Positions 27,983 to 37,646 of a stretch of DNA of 64,000 nt are shown here, one piece after another (position 1 is the stretch's first letter; each line of letters starts with the position of its first letter). The stretch comes from Collinsella sp. Lineage in GTDB: Bacteria > Actinomycetota > Coriobacteriia > Coriobacteriales > Coriobacteriaceae. Both the position numbers and the translations under genes were made by a program. The notes under the pieces are model-generated. The model was not told the DNA's origin, ran no database searches, and saw only the letters and a program-made list of their open reading frames with translations. The DNA lies in contig DXMD01000003.1 of NCBI GenBank assembly GCA_019414385.1, positions 24,629-88,628 on the forward strand. Direction: 5' to 3'.

Positions 27983-28715
27983 GACCGTCATTATGGGAAC
28001 GGGCCGCATGGGCTCGCTCATCCGCACTACCGCCGAGGGCATTGTCGACGCCGCCGGTCAGCCCGTTTTCGACATCGTCGCCCAGATCGGTTTTGATCTG
28101 TCCGAGCTCGAGAGCGCCCCGGCAGCCGACGTTATCATCGACTTCTCGAACGTCGTGACCTTCGATGCCGTCGTCGCCTATGTCGAGCGCACGGGCGCCG
28201 CGTTGGTCTCGGGCACCACGGGCTACACACCCGATCAGATGGACCGCCTGCGCGAGCTGGGTCAGAACGCCCGCGTCATGCACTCCGGTAATTACTCCAT
28301 CGGCATCGCAGCCCTGCGTCATCTGGTAGCACAGGCTACACGCGAGCTGCCCGGCTTTGACTGCGAGATCGTCGAGACGCACCACAACCAAAAGGTTGAT
28401 GCCCCCAGCGGCACTGCCAAGCTACTGCTCGATGCCGTCGTCGAAGCTGAACCCGAGGTAGGCTACCACCCTGTCTATGGCCGCGAGGGCATGTGCGGAG
28501 CGCGCGACCCCAAGGAGATCGGCATGCACTCACTGCGCGGTGGCACTGTCGCCGGCGTGCACGAAGTGAGTTTCTTTGGCCAGGACGAGGAAATCACACT
28601 CACGCACCGCGCCACGAGCCGTCAGATCTTCGTCAACGGCGCCTTGGCAGCCGCGCAGAAACTCGTCACCCGCGAGCACGGCTTCTATACGTTCGACCAG
28701 GTCATGTTTGCCTAA
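27975..28715 (+). CDS. dapB: 4-hydroxy-tetrahydrodipicolinate reductase
   Basis: GTGRMG, IDFS, SGTTG, ETHHNQKVDAPSGTA. Confidence 0.95.
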   Translation: MIKTVIMGTGRMGSLIRTTAEGIVDAAGQPVFDIVAQIGFDLSELESAPAADVIIDFSNVVTFDAVVAYVERTGAALVSGTTGYTPDQMDRLRELGQNARVMHSGNYSIGIAALRHLVAQATRELPGFDCEIVETHHNQKVDAPSGTAKLLLDAVVEAEPEVGYHPVYGREGMCGARDPKEIGMHSLRGGTVAGVHEVSFFGQDEEITLTHRATSRQIFVNGALAAAQKLVTREHGFYTFDQVMFA

Positions 28716-28754
28716 CCAGGTATCAACCGGATTCACCCAAAGGAGAGACAGCAA

Positions 28755-29474
28755 ATGAGCAATGCAGCCGAGATGGATGCACAGGAGATTATCAACTACA
28801 TCGCCACCGCGCCCAAAAAGACGCCCGTCAAGCTGTACGTGCGCGAGAAGCCGGGCATGAAGGTTGCCTGGGGCGACGCACATGTCTACGGCGGTCGTCG
28901 TGGCAAGACCGTCTTTGGCGACTGGGATGAGCTTAAGGCCATCCTGGACGCCAACGCCGATTCCATCGACTACTACGATGTGGAGAACGACTGCCGCAAC
29001 TCCGCCGTGCCCATGCTCGACCTTAAGGGCATCAACGCCCGCATCGAGCCGGGCGCGATCATCCGCGACCGCGTCGAGATCGGCGACCGTGCCGTCATCA
29101 TGATGGGTGCCATCATCAACATCGGCTCCGTTATCGGCGAGGGTTCCATGATCGATATGGGCGCCGTGCTGGGCGGCCGCGCCACCGTGGGCAAGAACTG
29201 CCATATCGGCGCCGGCACCGTGCTGGCAGGCGTTGTGGAGCCCGCTAGCGCCACGCCCGTCATCATCGAGGACGATGTCATGATCGGCGCAAACGCCGTG
29301 GTCCTGGAAGGCGTACGCGTGGGCAAGGGCGCTGTTGTCGCCGCCGGCGCCGTGTGCGTCGAGGACGTCCCCGCCGGCGCCGTCGTGGCCGGTGTCCCCG
29401 CCCGCGTCATCAAGATGCGCGACGCCCAGACCGACAGCAAGACCGGTCTCGAGGAAGGACTACGTCAACTTTAA
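28755..29474 (+). CDS. dapH: Tetrahydrodipicolinate N-acetyltransferase
   Basis: [10 protein letters not shown]...KKTPVKLY N-domain, RNSAVPMLD, hexapeptide repeats, AGVVEPASA. Confidence 0.9.
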   Translation: MSNAAEMDAQEIINYIATAPKKTPVKLYVREKPGMKVAWGDAHVYGGRRGKTVFGDWDELKAILDANADSIDYYDVENDCRNSAVPMLDLKGINARIEPGAIIRDRVEIGDRAVIMMGAIINIGSVIGEGSMIDMGAVLGGRATVGKNCHIGAGTVLAGVVEPASATPVIIEDDVMIGANAVVLEGVRVGKGAVVAAGAVCVEDVPAGAVVAGVPARVIKMRDAQTDSKTGLEEGLRQL

Positions 29475-29490
29475 TAGTTACGCGGTTATG

Positions 29491-29530
29491 ACGAAAAGGC
29501 CGAAGTCCCAAAGGGCTTCGGCCTTTTCGT
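29491..29530. terminator. Bidirectional terminator
   Basis: ACGAAAAGGCCGAAGTCC/GGGCTTCGGCCTTTTCGT. Confidence 0.8.
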
Positions 29531-29552
29531 TACGGTCAATCCGCTCGATCCC

Positions 29553-30566
29553 TTATCGATTCTCAATTGACCCGATATTCTTGAGCTCGATGGAGATGAG
29601 GCCGTTGGGTTCGTTGACGAACTCGATGTACTCGGAGTTCGAGCCCATCTCGGCCGGAAAACTGATCTCGATGCCCGTATCGGTACGAATCTTGTGGTTG
29701 CGCACTGCCGCACGCTCGACCTGCTTGCGCTCCACGGGAACGCGCTCGGGAACCTTCTCCTCGGTCAGTGCCGCGCGTACACTTTCCTTGATAACCGGCT
29801 CATCCTCAAAGACCTCGTCGACGATATCCCAAGGCGGCAATTCCTCGTCATCCTCGACCTTTTCAGCCACGGCAGCCTTGACCTTAGCAAGCGCCACAGC
29901 AGTGTTGGCGCCGTGTTCCTCGGCGACTTCCTCGACCACGCGCGTCACGGTGTCGATGACCTCCTTGCCCGACACGCCCGTATCGCACTGCAGCAGACCG
30001 TCGGGAATGAGCATACGGTCTTCGCCGGCAATCTTGCGCTTCTTGTCCACATAGCCGATCTCCATGGTGCTCGCGCGCACGATGGCATAGCTTGGCACCT
30101 TTTGCGAGGGGTTTGGCAGAATAGCGTAGTGGCGCGCGATGTCGTTGCGCACCTCCCCCTCCTCGCGGCCCACCTCGTGCATAAAAGCCTGCTTGGAGCC
30201 CAGCAGCATCACGGCAAACCAGCGGGCATCCTCGTCGTCGTCAAAGTCGGCCACGAGCACATCGGTGGACTCGGCTTTTTCGGCCTTGGTAAGCTCGGAG
30301 GAAATGAACTCCGCAATCTGCTGCGACAGGTCTACGAACTCGCGCTCGCCAAAGAAATAGCCCTTGAGCTCGCCGCCAAACGCAGAGTTCTCGGCAAACG
30401 TGGCGCGCTTATTGTCGGCCGAGGTTCGTGCGCGGCGCAGATGCGTGGTCACAAAGTTGCGCACGGTACGGCTCTCGATATCGAGCTCGCGCTGGCTCAT
30501 GACGTTGACGGCAGAGTCAAAGTCCAGGATATGCAGAATCGCGTGATTGATTTTCATATACGGCAT
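29553..30566 (-). CDS. Nucleoid-associated protein (YejK/NdpA-like)
   Basis: MKINHAILHILD N-terminus; KIRTDTGIEISFP...NGLISIELKNI C-terminus. Confidence 0.75.
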   Translation of the reverse strand: MPYMKINHAILHILDFDSAVNVMSQRELDIESRTVRNFVTTHLRRARTSADNKRATFAENSAFGGELKGYFFGEREFVDLSQQIAEFISSELTKAEKAESTDVLVADFDDDEDARWFAVMLLGSKQAFMHEVGREEGEVRNDIARHYAILPNPSQKVPSYAIVRASTMEIGYVDKKRKIAGEDRMLIPDGLLQCDTGVSGKEVIDTVTRVVEEVAEEHGANTAVALAKVKAAVAEKVEDDEELPPWDIVDEVFEDEPVIKESVRAALTEEKVPERVPVERKQVERAAVRNHKIRTDTGIEISFPAEMGSNSEYIEFVNEPNGLISIELKNIGSIENR

Positions 30567-30668
30567 TCCGTTCTAGATCGATTTCGGCACGAACCAGTAT
30601 AGCGGTCGGGCCCGCCCCAGGCGCATCGAAGCTTGATGCATCGGGGGCAGGTTGCTTTGCACCAATGG

Positions 30669-31829
30669 TTAGCGCAGGAGCTCGGACTGCCAAGCCTCGA
30701 GCTGTTCTGCCAAACTCTTGCCGGCAGCGGGCATGTCGATCTGGGGTCGTTTAGGCAGCAGTGCGCATTTAAGGATTGCCACGATGGTCTGCGAGACAAA
30801 GCGTCGCGTATCCTCGTCAAAGCCTTGCGCAGCCTGGAGCATCACGGGCAGGCTCTCGCGCAGATTCCCGGCGATATCCGCAAACCGCTCAGCACCCGTA
30901 GCCTCAAACACGGAGAACAACGCATCTACAAAACGCTCGCGCTCGCTAGGCGACACTGCAAGCAGCATCTCGCGAATGGAGCCATCAACGTATCGAGCAC
31001 CGGCGGACAGGCGCTCACAGTACACGAAGTCGCGACCATCAACCACCCAGCTAAAGGGATTATGCTGCAGCAGGCTGAACTCGGTGCTCTCAACGATGGC
31101 ATAGTCCTCCTGTGTCTCGAACATCATGCCAAAGATCGACGACCGAGGTAGCGTCTTGTCGATTCGACCGGAAAGATCGGCAAAGGCGTTGCCGTTCAGA
31201 AACTCCTCGACGAAGCCCGGACCATCATGGGAATACACCCGTTCAATTCGCTCACGGGCGACATCGGAGCACATCGCCGCACCGTACACCGCAAGGTTTC
31301 CACCCTTGGAATGACCTCCGCACAAAAGTGGCCCGTCAATCGCATCCACCGCCTCGTCCACATAACGCGCCGCGGATTCCTGGGCCGGCACAGGACACCG
31401 GAATGCCATGTTAAAGTCCTCTTTCCAGCCCACAATCGTACTGTCGGTCCCCCGGAAGGAAAGATAACTAAACCCCGCCGGAAACCGGAACGCCATGGCT
31501 GCAAACTGCTCTGTCGCCACCACATCGCTCACGGCACGATAGCCGCAAACGCGCACGCCACGGTAACGAGGGCTTGCTGCCACGGCCTCCAACAAGGCCC
31601 TGCTCCCCTCTGGGTCCCACAAGTCACCAATCATGTCCCGGTAGCACTCGGCACGCAGCAACTCGCGTACGTCTAGGCCCTGCCAGTTCGTCAGCTCCGC
31701 CATATCACCCGGCAAACGCAAATAGGACAACCACGCAAAGACCAGGCTATCCACCGCGCAGAACGGCTGCTCCTCAAACGGATAAAACGCCGTCTGGGCA
31801 TAGGTCAAAAAATTAGGCGAATCCGACAT
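30669..31829 (-). CDS. DUF2974 / Mbeg1-like alpha-beta hydrolase
   Basis: FRGTDSTIVGWKEDF, GHSKGGN, DGPGF, QHNPFSW. Confidence 0.85.
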   Translation of the reverse strand: MSDSPNFLTYAQTAFYPFEEQPFCAVDSLVFAWLSYLRLPGDMAELTNWQGLDVRELLRAECYRDMIGDLWDPEGSRALLEAVAASPRYRGVRVCGYRAVSDVVATEQFAAMAFRFPAGFSYLSFRGTDSTIVGWKEDFNMAFRCPVPAQESAARYVDEAVDAIDGPLLCGGHSKGGNLAVYGAAMCSDVARERIERVYSHDGPGFVEEFLNGNAFADLSGRIDKTLPRSSIFGMMFETQEDYAIVESTEFSLLQHNPFSWVVDGRDFVYCERLSAGARYVDGSIREMLLAVSPSERERFVDALFSVFEATGAERFADIAGNLRESLPVMLQAAQGFDEDTRRFVSQTIVAILKCALLPKRPQIDMPAAGKSLAEQLEAWQSELLR

Positions 31830-31943
31830 GGCCCTCCCATCAACTATGCTGCATTGGGGTCAGGTTACTTTGCACCAAAAAGGCGCCCGGGCCGTGTGGG
31901 CTCGGACGCCTTCATTGTAGCTTTTCGCTCTAGCGAGCTTGAT

Positions 31944-32894
31944 TTAGCAGGAGAAGTCGACGCTGTCGATGATGTCCTTGAGGGCCTTGGCGGAGGCGGT
32001 AAGCTCATGCTGCTCGTCATCGTTCAGCGGCACGGGGACGCGGCAGACAACGCCGTCGCGGCCAACGACGGTCGGCATGGAGATGGCAAGATCGGACAGG
32101 CCATACTCGCCCACCATGAGCGAGGAGACGGGCAGAACGGTCTGCTCGTCACGCATGACGGCAGTGCAAATGCGCTTGACGGCCATGGCGACGCCATAGT
32201 AGGTAGCGTGCTTCTTCTCGATGATGGTGTAGGCGGAGTTCTTGACGTCCTCGGCGATGCGCTTCTCGGCAGCCTCATGCTCCAGATGACCGTGAAGCTC
32301 GCAGAAGGTGTTCAGCGGAACGCCGGCAACCTGGGCGCTGGACCAAGCGACGAACTCGGAGTCGCCGTGCTCGCCCATGACATAGGCCTGGACATCGCGC
32401 GGGTCGACCTCAACGTGGGCACCAAGCATCTGCTGCAGACGACCGGTGTCGAGCACGGTACCGGAGCCGATGACATGGCCCTCGGGCAGGCCGGACATCT
32501 TGATGGCGGCATAGGTCAGAACATCGACCGGGTTGGAGACGATGAGCAGAATGCCGTCGAAGCCAGACTTCTTAATCTCGGGGATAATGGACTTAAAGAT
32601 GTTGACGTTCTTGTTGACCAGGTCCAAGCGGGTCTCACCGGGCTTCTGGGCAGCGCCAGCGGTGACGACGATCATGGCGGCGTCGGCGACATCGGAATAA
32701 TCGCCGGCGTAGATCTTCATCGGCTCGGCAAACGTCATGCCGTGCGCGATATCCAGAGCCTCACCCTCGGCGCGGTTCTTGTCCACGTCGATGAGGACCA
32801 TCTCGGAGAACAGACCGCTCTGCATCAGCGCGAACGCCGAAGACGAACCGACGAAACCGCAGCCGACAATAGCGACCTTCTTCTCGTTAACCAT
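31944..32894 (-). CDS. ldh: L-lactate dehydrogenase
   Basis: VGCGFVG, QKPGETRLDL, SNPVD, GTVLDTGR, GEHGDS. Confidence 0.95.
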   Translation of the reverse strand: MVNEKKVAIVGCGFVGSSSAFALMQSGLFSEMVLIDVDKNRAEGEALDIAHGMTFAEPMKIYAGDYSDVADAAMIVVTAGAAQKPGETRLDLVNKNVNIFKSIIPEIKKSGFDGILLIVSNPVDVLTYAAIKMSGLPEGHVIGSGTVLDTGRLQQMLGAHVEVDPRDVQAYVMGEHGDSEFVAWSSAQVAGVPLNTFCELHGHLEHEAAEKRIAEDVKNSAYTIIEKKHATYYGVAMAVKRICTAVMRDEQTVLPVSSLMVGEYGLSDLAISMPTVVGRDGVVCRVPVPLNDDEQHELTASAKALKDIIDSVDFSC

Positions 32895-33095
32895 TAGAAA
32901 CTCCCATCTCTCTCCACAAGCAAGCCGCCCGGGAACGACCCGAGCGGCTTGCCGTAATCCCAATACATCCAATCGGGACTTTGATTATGCTCCTATTCGC
33001 AGCCAAAAATCGACCGTTTACCGAAATTGTTTGCAGGATTCGTAAAATAACTGCACGAAATCGGTTTCGAGCTATTGACGAGTCGAAACAGGTTT

Positions 33096-34259
33096 CTAAT
33101 ACAGACCCGCCTCGCGGATGGCCTCGACAGCCAAAGCAATCTGATCGGGCGGCAGGACCAGCGCCATGCGCACGTGTCCCTCGCCCGAAGGACCAAAGCT
33201 CGCGCCCGGCGTCACCACAACGCCGGCCTTCTCCATAAGCTCCTCGCAAAACGCCATGGAATCGGTGTGACCACCGGGAAGCTTGGCCCACACAAACATA
33301 GAGCCATGCGCGTTGGGACGCTCCCAGCCCAGGCCCTCAAGACCGTCGCACAGGGCATCGCGGCGCTCCTGGTACTTCAGACGCTGCGCCTCGACCTCAT
33401 CGCGCGGACCGTTCAGGCAGGCGATAGCAGCCTTCTGGATCGGGAAGAACATACCAAAGTCGATCTGGCCGCGCAGCTTGGCAAAGGCCGAGACCACATC
33501 CTCGCGACCGACCAAAAAGCCGATACGCGCACCGGTGACGTTAAACGACTTGGAGAGCGAGAAGAACTCAACGCCCACCTCAAGCGCACCGGGATACTGC
33601 AAGAAGCTACCGCCGGGCTCGCCGTCGAACACGATGTCGGAGTACGCGTTGTCATGGACGATGAGCAGGTCGTGCTCACGGGCGAAAGCGATGATCTCTT
33701 CGTAGACCTCGGGCGTGCCCACCGAGCCGACCGGGTTGGCGGGCAGCGATACGATCATATACTTGGCGCGATCAGCCACCTCGGGATCGATGCCTGCCAC
33801 ATAGGGCAGGTAATTATGCTCGGCAACCAGCGGATAGTACTCGAGCTTGGCATCGGCAATCTTCGCACCCGCCTCAAAGACCGGGTAGCACGGATCGGGA
33901 ACCAGAATGGTGTCACCCGGATCGAGCAGAGCCAGGCCCAAATGGCCAACGCCCTCCTGCGTGCCGTTGCACGACTGCACCATGGACGGTGTAATGCCCG
34001 AAACGCCAAAGCGACGCTCATAGTAATCGCATACGGCCTGCTTGAGTTCGGGCAGGTCGCGCAAGGCGTACTTCCACATCTCGGGATCCTGGGCTGCCTG
34101 CGTGAGCGCCTCGACCACGTGGCCGTACGGCTTAAAGTCGGGCGTGCCCACGCTCATGTTGTAAATGGTCTTGCCCTGAGCCTTCAGCGCGAGCAGCTTG
34201 TTGTTGAGCGAGGCGAAGACCTCCGCGCCAAAGCGGTCGAGACGCTGCGATGCCTGCAT
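33096..34259 (-). CDS. Class I/II PLP aminotransferase (LL-DAP aminotransferase-like)
   Basis: PDPCYP, NPVG, HDNAY, SLSKSFNVTGARIG, EGHVRMAL. Confidence 0.85.
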   Translation of the reverse strand: MQASQRLDRFGAEVFASLNNKLLALKAQGKTIYNMSVGTPDFKPYGHVVEALTQAAQDPEMWKYALRDLPELKQAVCDYYERRFGVSGITPSMVQSCNGTQEGVGHLGLALLDPGDTILVPDPCYPVFEAGAKIADAKLEYYPLVAEHNYLPYVAGIDPEVADRAKYMIVSLPANPVGSVGTPEVYEEIIAFAREHDLLIVHDNAYSDIVFDGEPGGSFLQYPGALEVGVEFFSLSKSFNVTGARIGFLVGREDVVSAFAKLRGQIDFGMFFPIQKAAIACLNGPRDEVEAQRLKYQERRDALCDGLEGLGWERPNAHGSMFVWAKLPGGHTDSMAFCEELMEKAGVVVTPGASFGPSGEGHVRMALVLPPDQIALAVEAIREAGLY

Positions 34260-34277
34260 GGTGCCACCTTCCGATAT

Positions 34278-34307
34278 AAAAAAGCGGCGCTCCGACAAGA
34301 GCGCCGC
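34278..34307 (-). terminator. Intrinsic terminator between nadE and the aminotransferase RBS
   Basis: Minus strand GCGGCGCTC-ttgtcg-GAGCGCCGC followed by TTTTTT. Confidence 0.75.
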
Positions 34308-34376
34308 GCGATACGGGCCATCAGATTGCAAAAGTGTAACGCTTGCAACCCCCGTATTGGTTCAATTTAGCCAACC

Positions 34377-36356
34377 TTAGTCAACTGGATTGAGCGCGTC
34401 GATCTGCGCAAGCCACAGACGCGAGCTGGCGTCACTCGGCATACGCCAATCGCCGCGCGGGCTGAGCGTCACCGAGCCCACCTTGGGACCATCGGGCAGG
34501 CAGCTGCGCTTAAACTGCTGGGCAAAGAAGCGACGATAGAACGTACGCAACCACGTGTGGACGGTCTTGGCGTCGTAGACACCCTCGAAACTCTTGAGCG
34601 CCATGCGGTAGATCTTGCCCGGCTCAAAGCCAAAACGCAGCAAGTAGTAGAGGAAGTAGTCGTGCAACTCGTACGGGCCCACCAAATCCTCAGTCTTCTG
34701 CGCAATCTCGCCGTCGCCCGTGGGCGGCAGAAGCTCGGGGGACACCGGCGTGTCGAGGATATCGAGCAAAACCTCGGCAATACGCCCGCCAAAGACATCA
34801 GCCGCATAACGCACCAAGTGACGCACGAGTGTCTTGGGCACGCTCGCGTTGACGGCGTACATGCTCATGTGGTCGCCGTTATAGGTAGCCCAGCCGAGTG
34901 CCAACTCCGACAGGTCACCCGTGCCGATGACAAAACCGCCAGCCTGGTTGGCCAGATCCATCAGAATCTGCGTACGCTCGCGGGCCTGGCTGTTCTCGTA
35001 GGTCACGTCCTGCACGGTCGGATCGTGCTCAATGTCCTTGAAGTGCCGCTCCACGGCCGCGTGGATCGAAACCTCGCGGAAGCTCACACCCAGGTCGCGG
35101 GCAAGCGACTCGGCATTCGACTTGGTGCGATGCGTCGTGCCAAAGCCGGGCATGGAAACCGCCGTGATACCCGTGCGTGGCAGCCCCAGTGCATCGAAGG
35201 CACGCACGGTCACAAGCAGTGCCAGCGTGGAGTCCAGGCCGCCTGAAAGACCGATGGCAGCTGCCTTAGTACCCGTATGGGCAAGGCGGGTCTTGAGGCC
35301 GGCAGTCTGCAGGTCGAGAATCGTCTCGCAGCGCTCGGCTAGGTCGCCATGGTCGGCCGGTACAAAGGGCGCGCGCGGGAAAACGCGGTCGATATCGCAG
35401 GCATCGCGCAGGACAGGCTCTTCGGCCAACACGCCCTCAAACGAAAACTCAACGGTCGTGGCCTCCGGCGCATCGTCTGCGCGGGTCCACGTCGTCGAGC
35501 GACGGCGCTCGGCAACCAGGCGGTCAAGGTCAACATCGGCGACGGCCATATCGCAGGTAAGCAGTTTAGTCGCGGCGAGCTTGGAGCCGTTTTCGTAGAC
35601 GAGGTTCTCGCCCGCAAAGACCATGTCGGTCGTGGACTCGCCCTCGCTCGCATCTGCATAGGCATAGGCGCAGTACAGGCGCGCGCTTTGATTAGAGATA
35701 AGGCTGCGGCGGTAATCTGCCTTACCGATAATCTCGTCCGAGGCCGACGGGTTGAGAATCACCGTGGCACCGGCAAGCGCCATCTCGGTCGAAGGGGGCG
35801 CCGGCACCCACAGGTCCTCGCAGACCTCAACGCCCAGCACCATATCCTCGGCACCTTCATCACAGCAGCGGTAGACAAGCCCCGAACCCAGCGGGACCAG
35901 ACCCTGACCGGCAAATTCAACCCACACGGGATCCGCAGGAGCCGGAGCAAACCAGCGACGCTCATAGAACTCGCCATAGTTGGGCAGATACTTCTTGGCC
36001 GTGAGGCCCAAAAGCTCGCCCGCGCAGCACACGGCGGCGCAGTTGTAGATGTTTTCGGCCACCGCAACGGGAAGGCCGATGGTAAAGACAATCGGCAGCT
36101 CGCGGGTTTCATCGAGGATAAACTCAAGCGCCGCCTCGCAGGCATGCAGCAGTGTGCGGTTATGGAACAGGTCGGCCGCGGTATAGCCGGTTAGGTTAAG
36201 CTCGGGCAACACCAGCGCGCGAACGCCACGCCCGGCAGCATCGCGAACAGACGCCAGCGCAACCTCGGCATTGCCCTCGACATCGGCCACGCGAATCTGC
36301 GGCGACGCCGCCGCCACACGCAAAAAGCCATCAGACTGAGAAAGGTGAAGATTCAT
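34377..36356 (-). CDS. nadE: Glutamine-dependent NAD+ synthetase
   Basis: Nitrilase domain (LPEL, KKYLPNYGEFYE, VCEDLW) plus SGGLDS, ENSQARER, GTGDLSE, QFKR. Confidence 0.96.
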   Translation of the reverse strand: MNLHLSQSDGFLRVAAASPQIRVADVEGNAEVALASVRDAAGRGVRALVLPELNLTGYTAADLFHNRTLLHACEAALEFILDETRELPIVFTIGLPVAVAENIYNCAAVCCAGELLGLTAKKYLPNYGEFYERRWFAPAPADPVWVEFAGQGLVPLGSGLVYRCCDEGAEDMVLGVEVCEDLWVPAPPSTEMALAGATVILNPSASDEIIGKADYRRSLISNQSARLYCAYAYADASEGESTTDMVFAGENLVYENGSKLAATKLLTCDMAVADVDLDRLVAERRRSTTWTRADDAPEATTVEFSFEGVLAEEPVLRDACDIDRVFPRAPFVPADHGDLAERCETILDLQTAGLKTRLAHTGTKAAAIGLSGGLDSTLALLVTVRAFDALGLPRTGITAVSMPGFGTTHRTKSNAESLARDLGVSFREVSIHAAVERHFKDIEHDPTVQDVTYENSQARERTQILMDLANQAGGFVIGTGDLSELALGWATYNGDHMSMYAVNASVPKTLVRHLVRYAADVFGGRIAEVLLDILDTPVSPELLPPTGDGEIAQKTEDLVGPYELHDYFLYYLLRFGFEPGKIYRMALKSFEGVYDAKTVHTWLRTFYRRFFAQQFKRSCLPDGPKVGSVTLSPRGDWRMPSDASSRLWLAQIDALNPVD

Positions 36357-36559
36357 AAGAATGCTCCCGTGCGTAGACGCTATTCAACACAATTAGCAAG
36401 CTCTATTGTAGTTCAACCGCCGGGTGTAGCCGCATCCCACCAACTTGGTGAGCTATTGATGAGTTGATGGTATCTGTTAAATGTCACGTACGATTCACAT
36501 CTGGTGGGTACCCTGATGGCTACACGAAACGAAGCAGATTTATACCGGGAGGACCCCGT

Positions 36560-37510
36560 ATGACAACCAAGTACACCGACGCGCCGCGCACGCGCGTCAT
36601 GACTCCCGCCGCACTGAACAACGGCGTTCACGAAAACCATTCCATCGGACAGACCATGGCCATCGCGCCCAAAAAGGGCCTGTTCGACGACATTTCCATT
36701 CCTCAGATCATCGCCGGCGCAGCAGCTGCCGCCACGAGCGTCGCGCTTGCCTCCAAGATTGGTATCGCTGGTTCAGTAATTGGTGCCGCCGTGAGCTCGG
36801 TCATCACCGTTGTGTCCTCACAGGTCTACCGCCACTTTATCTCTGCCAGCGCCAAAGCCCTCAAAGGCACGCACGCCGACGTCGACTACCCCGCCGGCGC
36901 CTATGAGCCCGTTGAATTTAATGCCAAGGAGCACCTGGGCGGCGCCGCGACTACGCAGGAGATGCGCCAGATTGCGGGGCGCGCGACCACGGCGCGCGTC
37001 GCCCCCAACAGCCTGCGCGCCAAGGCGGCGGCAGAGCGCAGCCAGACGCAAAAGAAGGTCATCATCTTCTCGATCGCCATCGCCATTGTCGCAGTCATCG
37101 CCTGCGCTGGCGCCATCCTTATCACCACTGCCGGTGAGGGTCTGGGCGAGCGTCCCGAGCCAATCCTTTCGTCGCGCACGACCGAGAGCGATGCAAATGT
37201 CAACACCCAGTCGCAAGATCAGCAGGCGCAGGCGGACGGCACGCAAGACAGTTCTACCTCAGCCGATTCGTCCTCGAACACCCAAAACCAATCGCAGGGC
37301 ACCGATTCCTCTACGGCCAACAGTGGCACGCCGTCCGACACGACCAACTCAAGCCAAACAACTGACGGTTCACAGCCGAACACGGGAGGCCAGACGAGCG
37401 ACACCACGTCGGGAACGGGTGCAGCAGACAGCAACAACAGCAATTCGAGCGGCACCACATCGGGCACGACATCTGACAGTTCAAGCCAAGGCACGACATC
37501 GGGCAACTAG
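36560..37510 (+). CDS. Hypothetical membrane protein with Ser/Thr/Gln-rich tail
   Basis: GGGAGGA RBS; hydrophobic Ala/Gly helices, one further TM, low-complexity C-terminus. Confidence 0.75.
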   Translation: MTTKYTDAPRTRVMTPAALNNGVHENHSIGQTMAIAPKKGLFDDISIPQIIAGAAAAATSVALASKIGIAGSVIGAAVSSVITVVSSQVYRHFISASAKALKGTHADVDYPAGAYEPVEFNAKEHLGGAATTQEMRQIAGRATTARVAPNSLRAKAAAERSQTQKKVIIFSIAIAIVAVIACAGAILITTAGEGLGERPEPILSSRTTESDANVNTQSQDQQAQADGTQDSSTSADSSSNTQNQSQGTDSSTANSGTPSDTTNSSQTTDGSQPNTGGQTSDTTSGTGAADSNNSNSSGTTSGTTSDSSSQGTTSGN

Positions 37511-37646
37511 GCGCTGCATCCCCAGATAGGCAACCTGTACAACGGGCGCGAATCGACAGCAGTTCGTGCCCGTTTGCCTTGGGCGCCGCCATGGCGAGCG
37601 CCATGCGATGGTAAGATGCTTTACATGTGTAAAGAGGAGATTTGCC

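Noticed and set aside
34260..34272. T-box-like GGTGGCACC on the minus strand
   Set aside because: It lies downstream of the terminator and overlaps the RBS; there is no room for stem I
36364..36551. Possible 6S RNA closed by CTCCCG/CGGGAG
   Set aside because: The two ends are simply the RBSs of the divergent genes and the central bubble would be very asymmetric; only the inner hairpin is kept as a candidate
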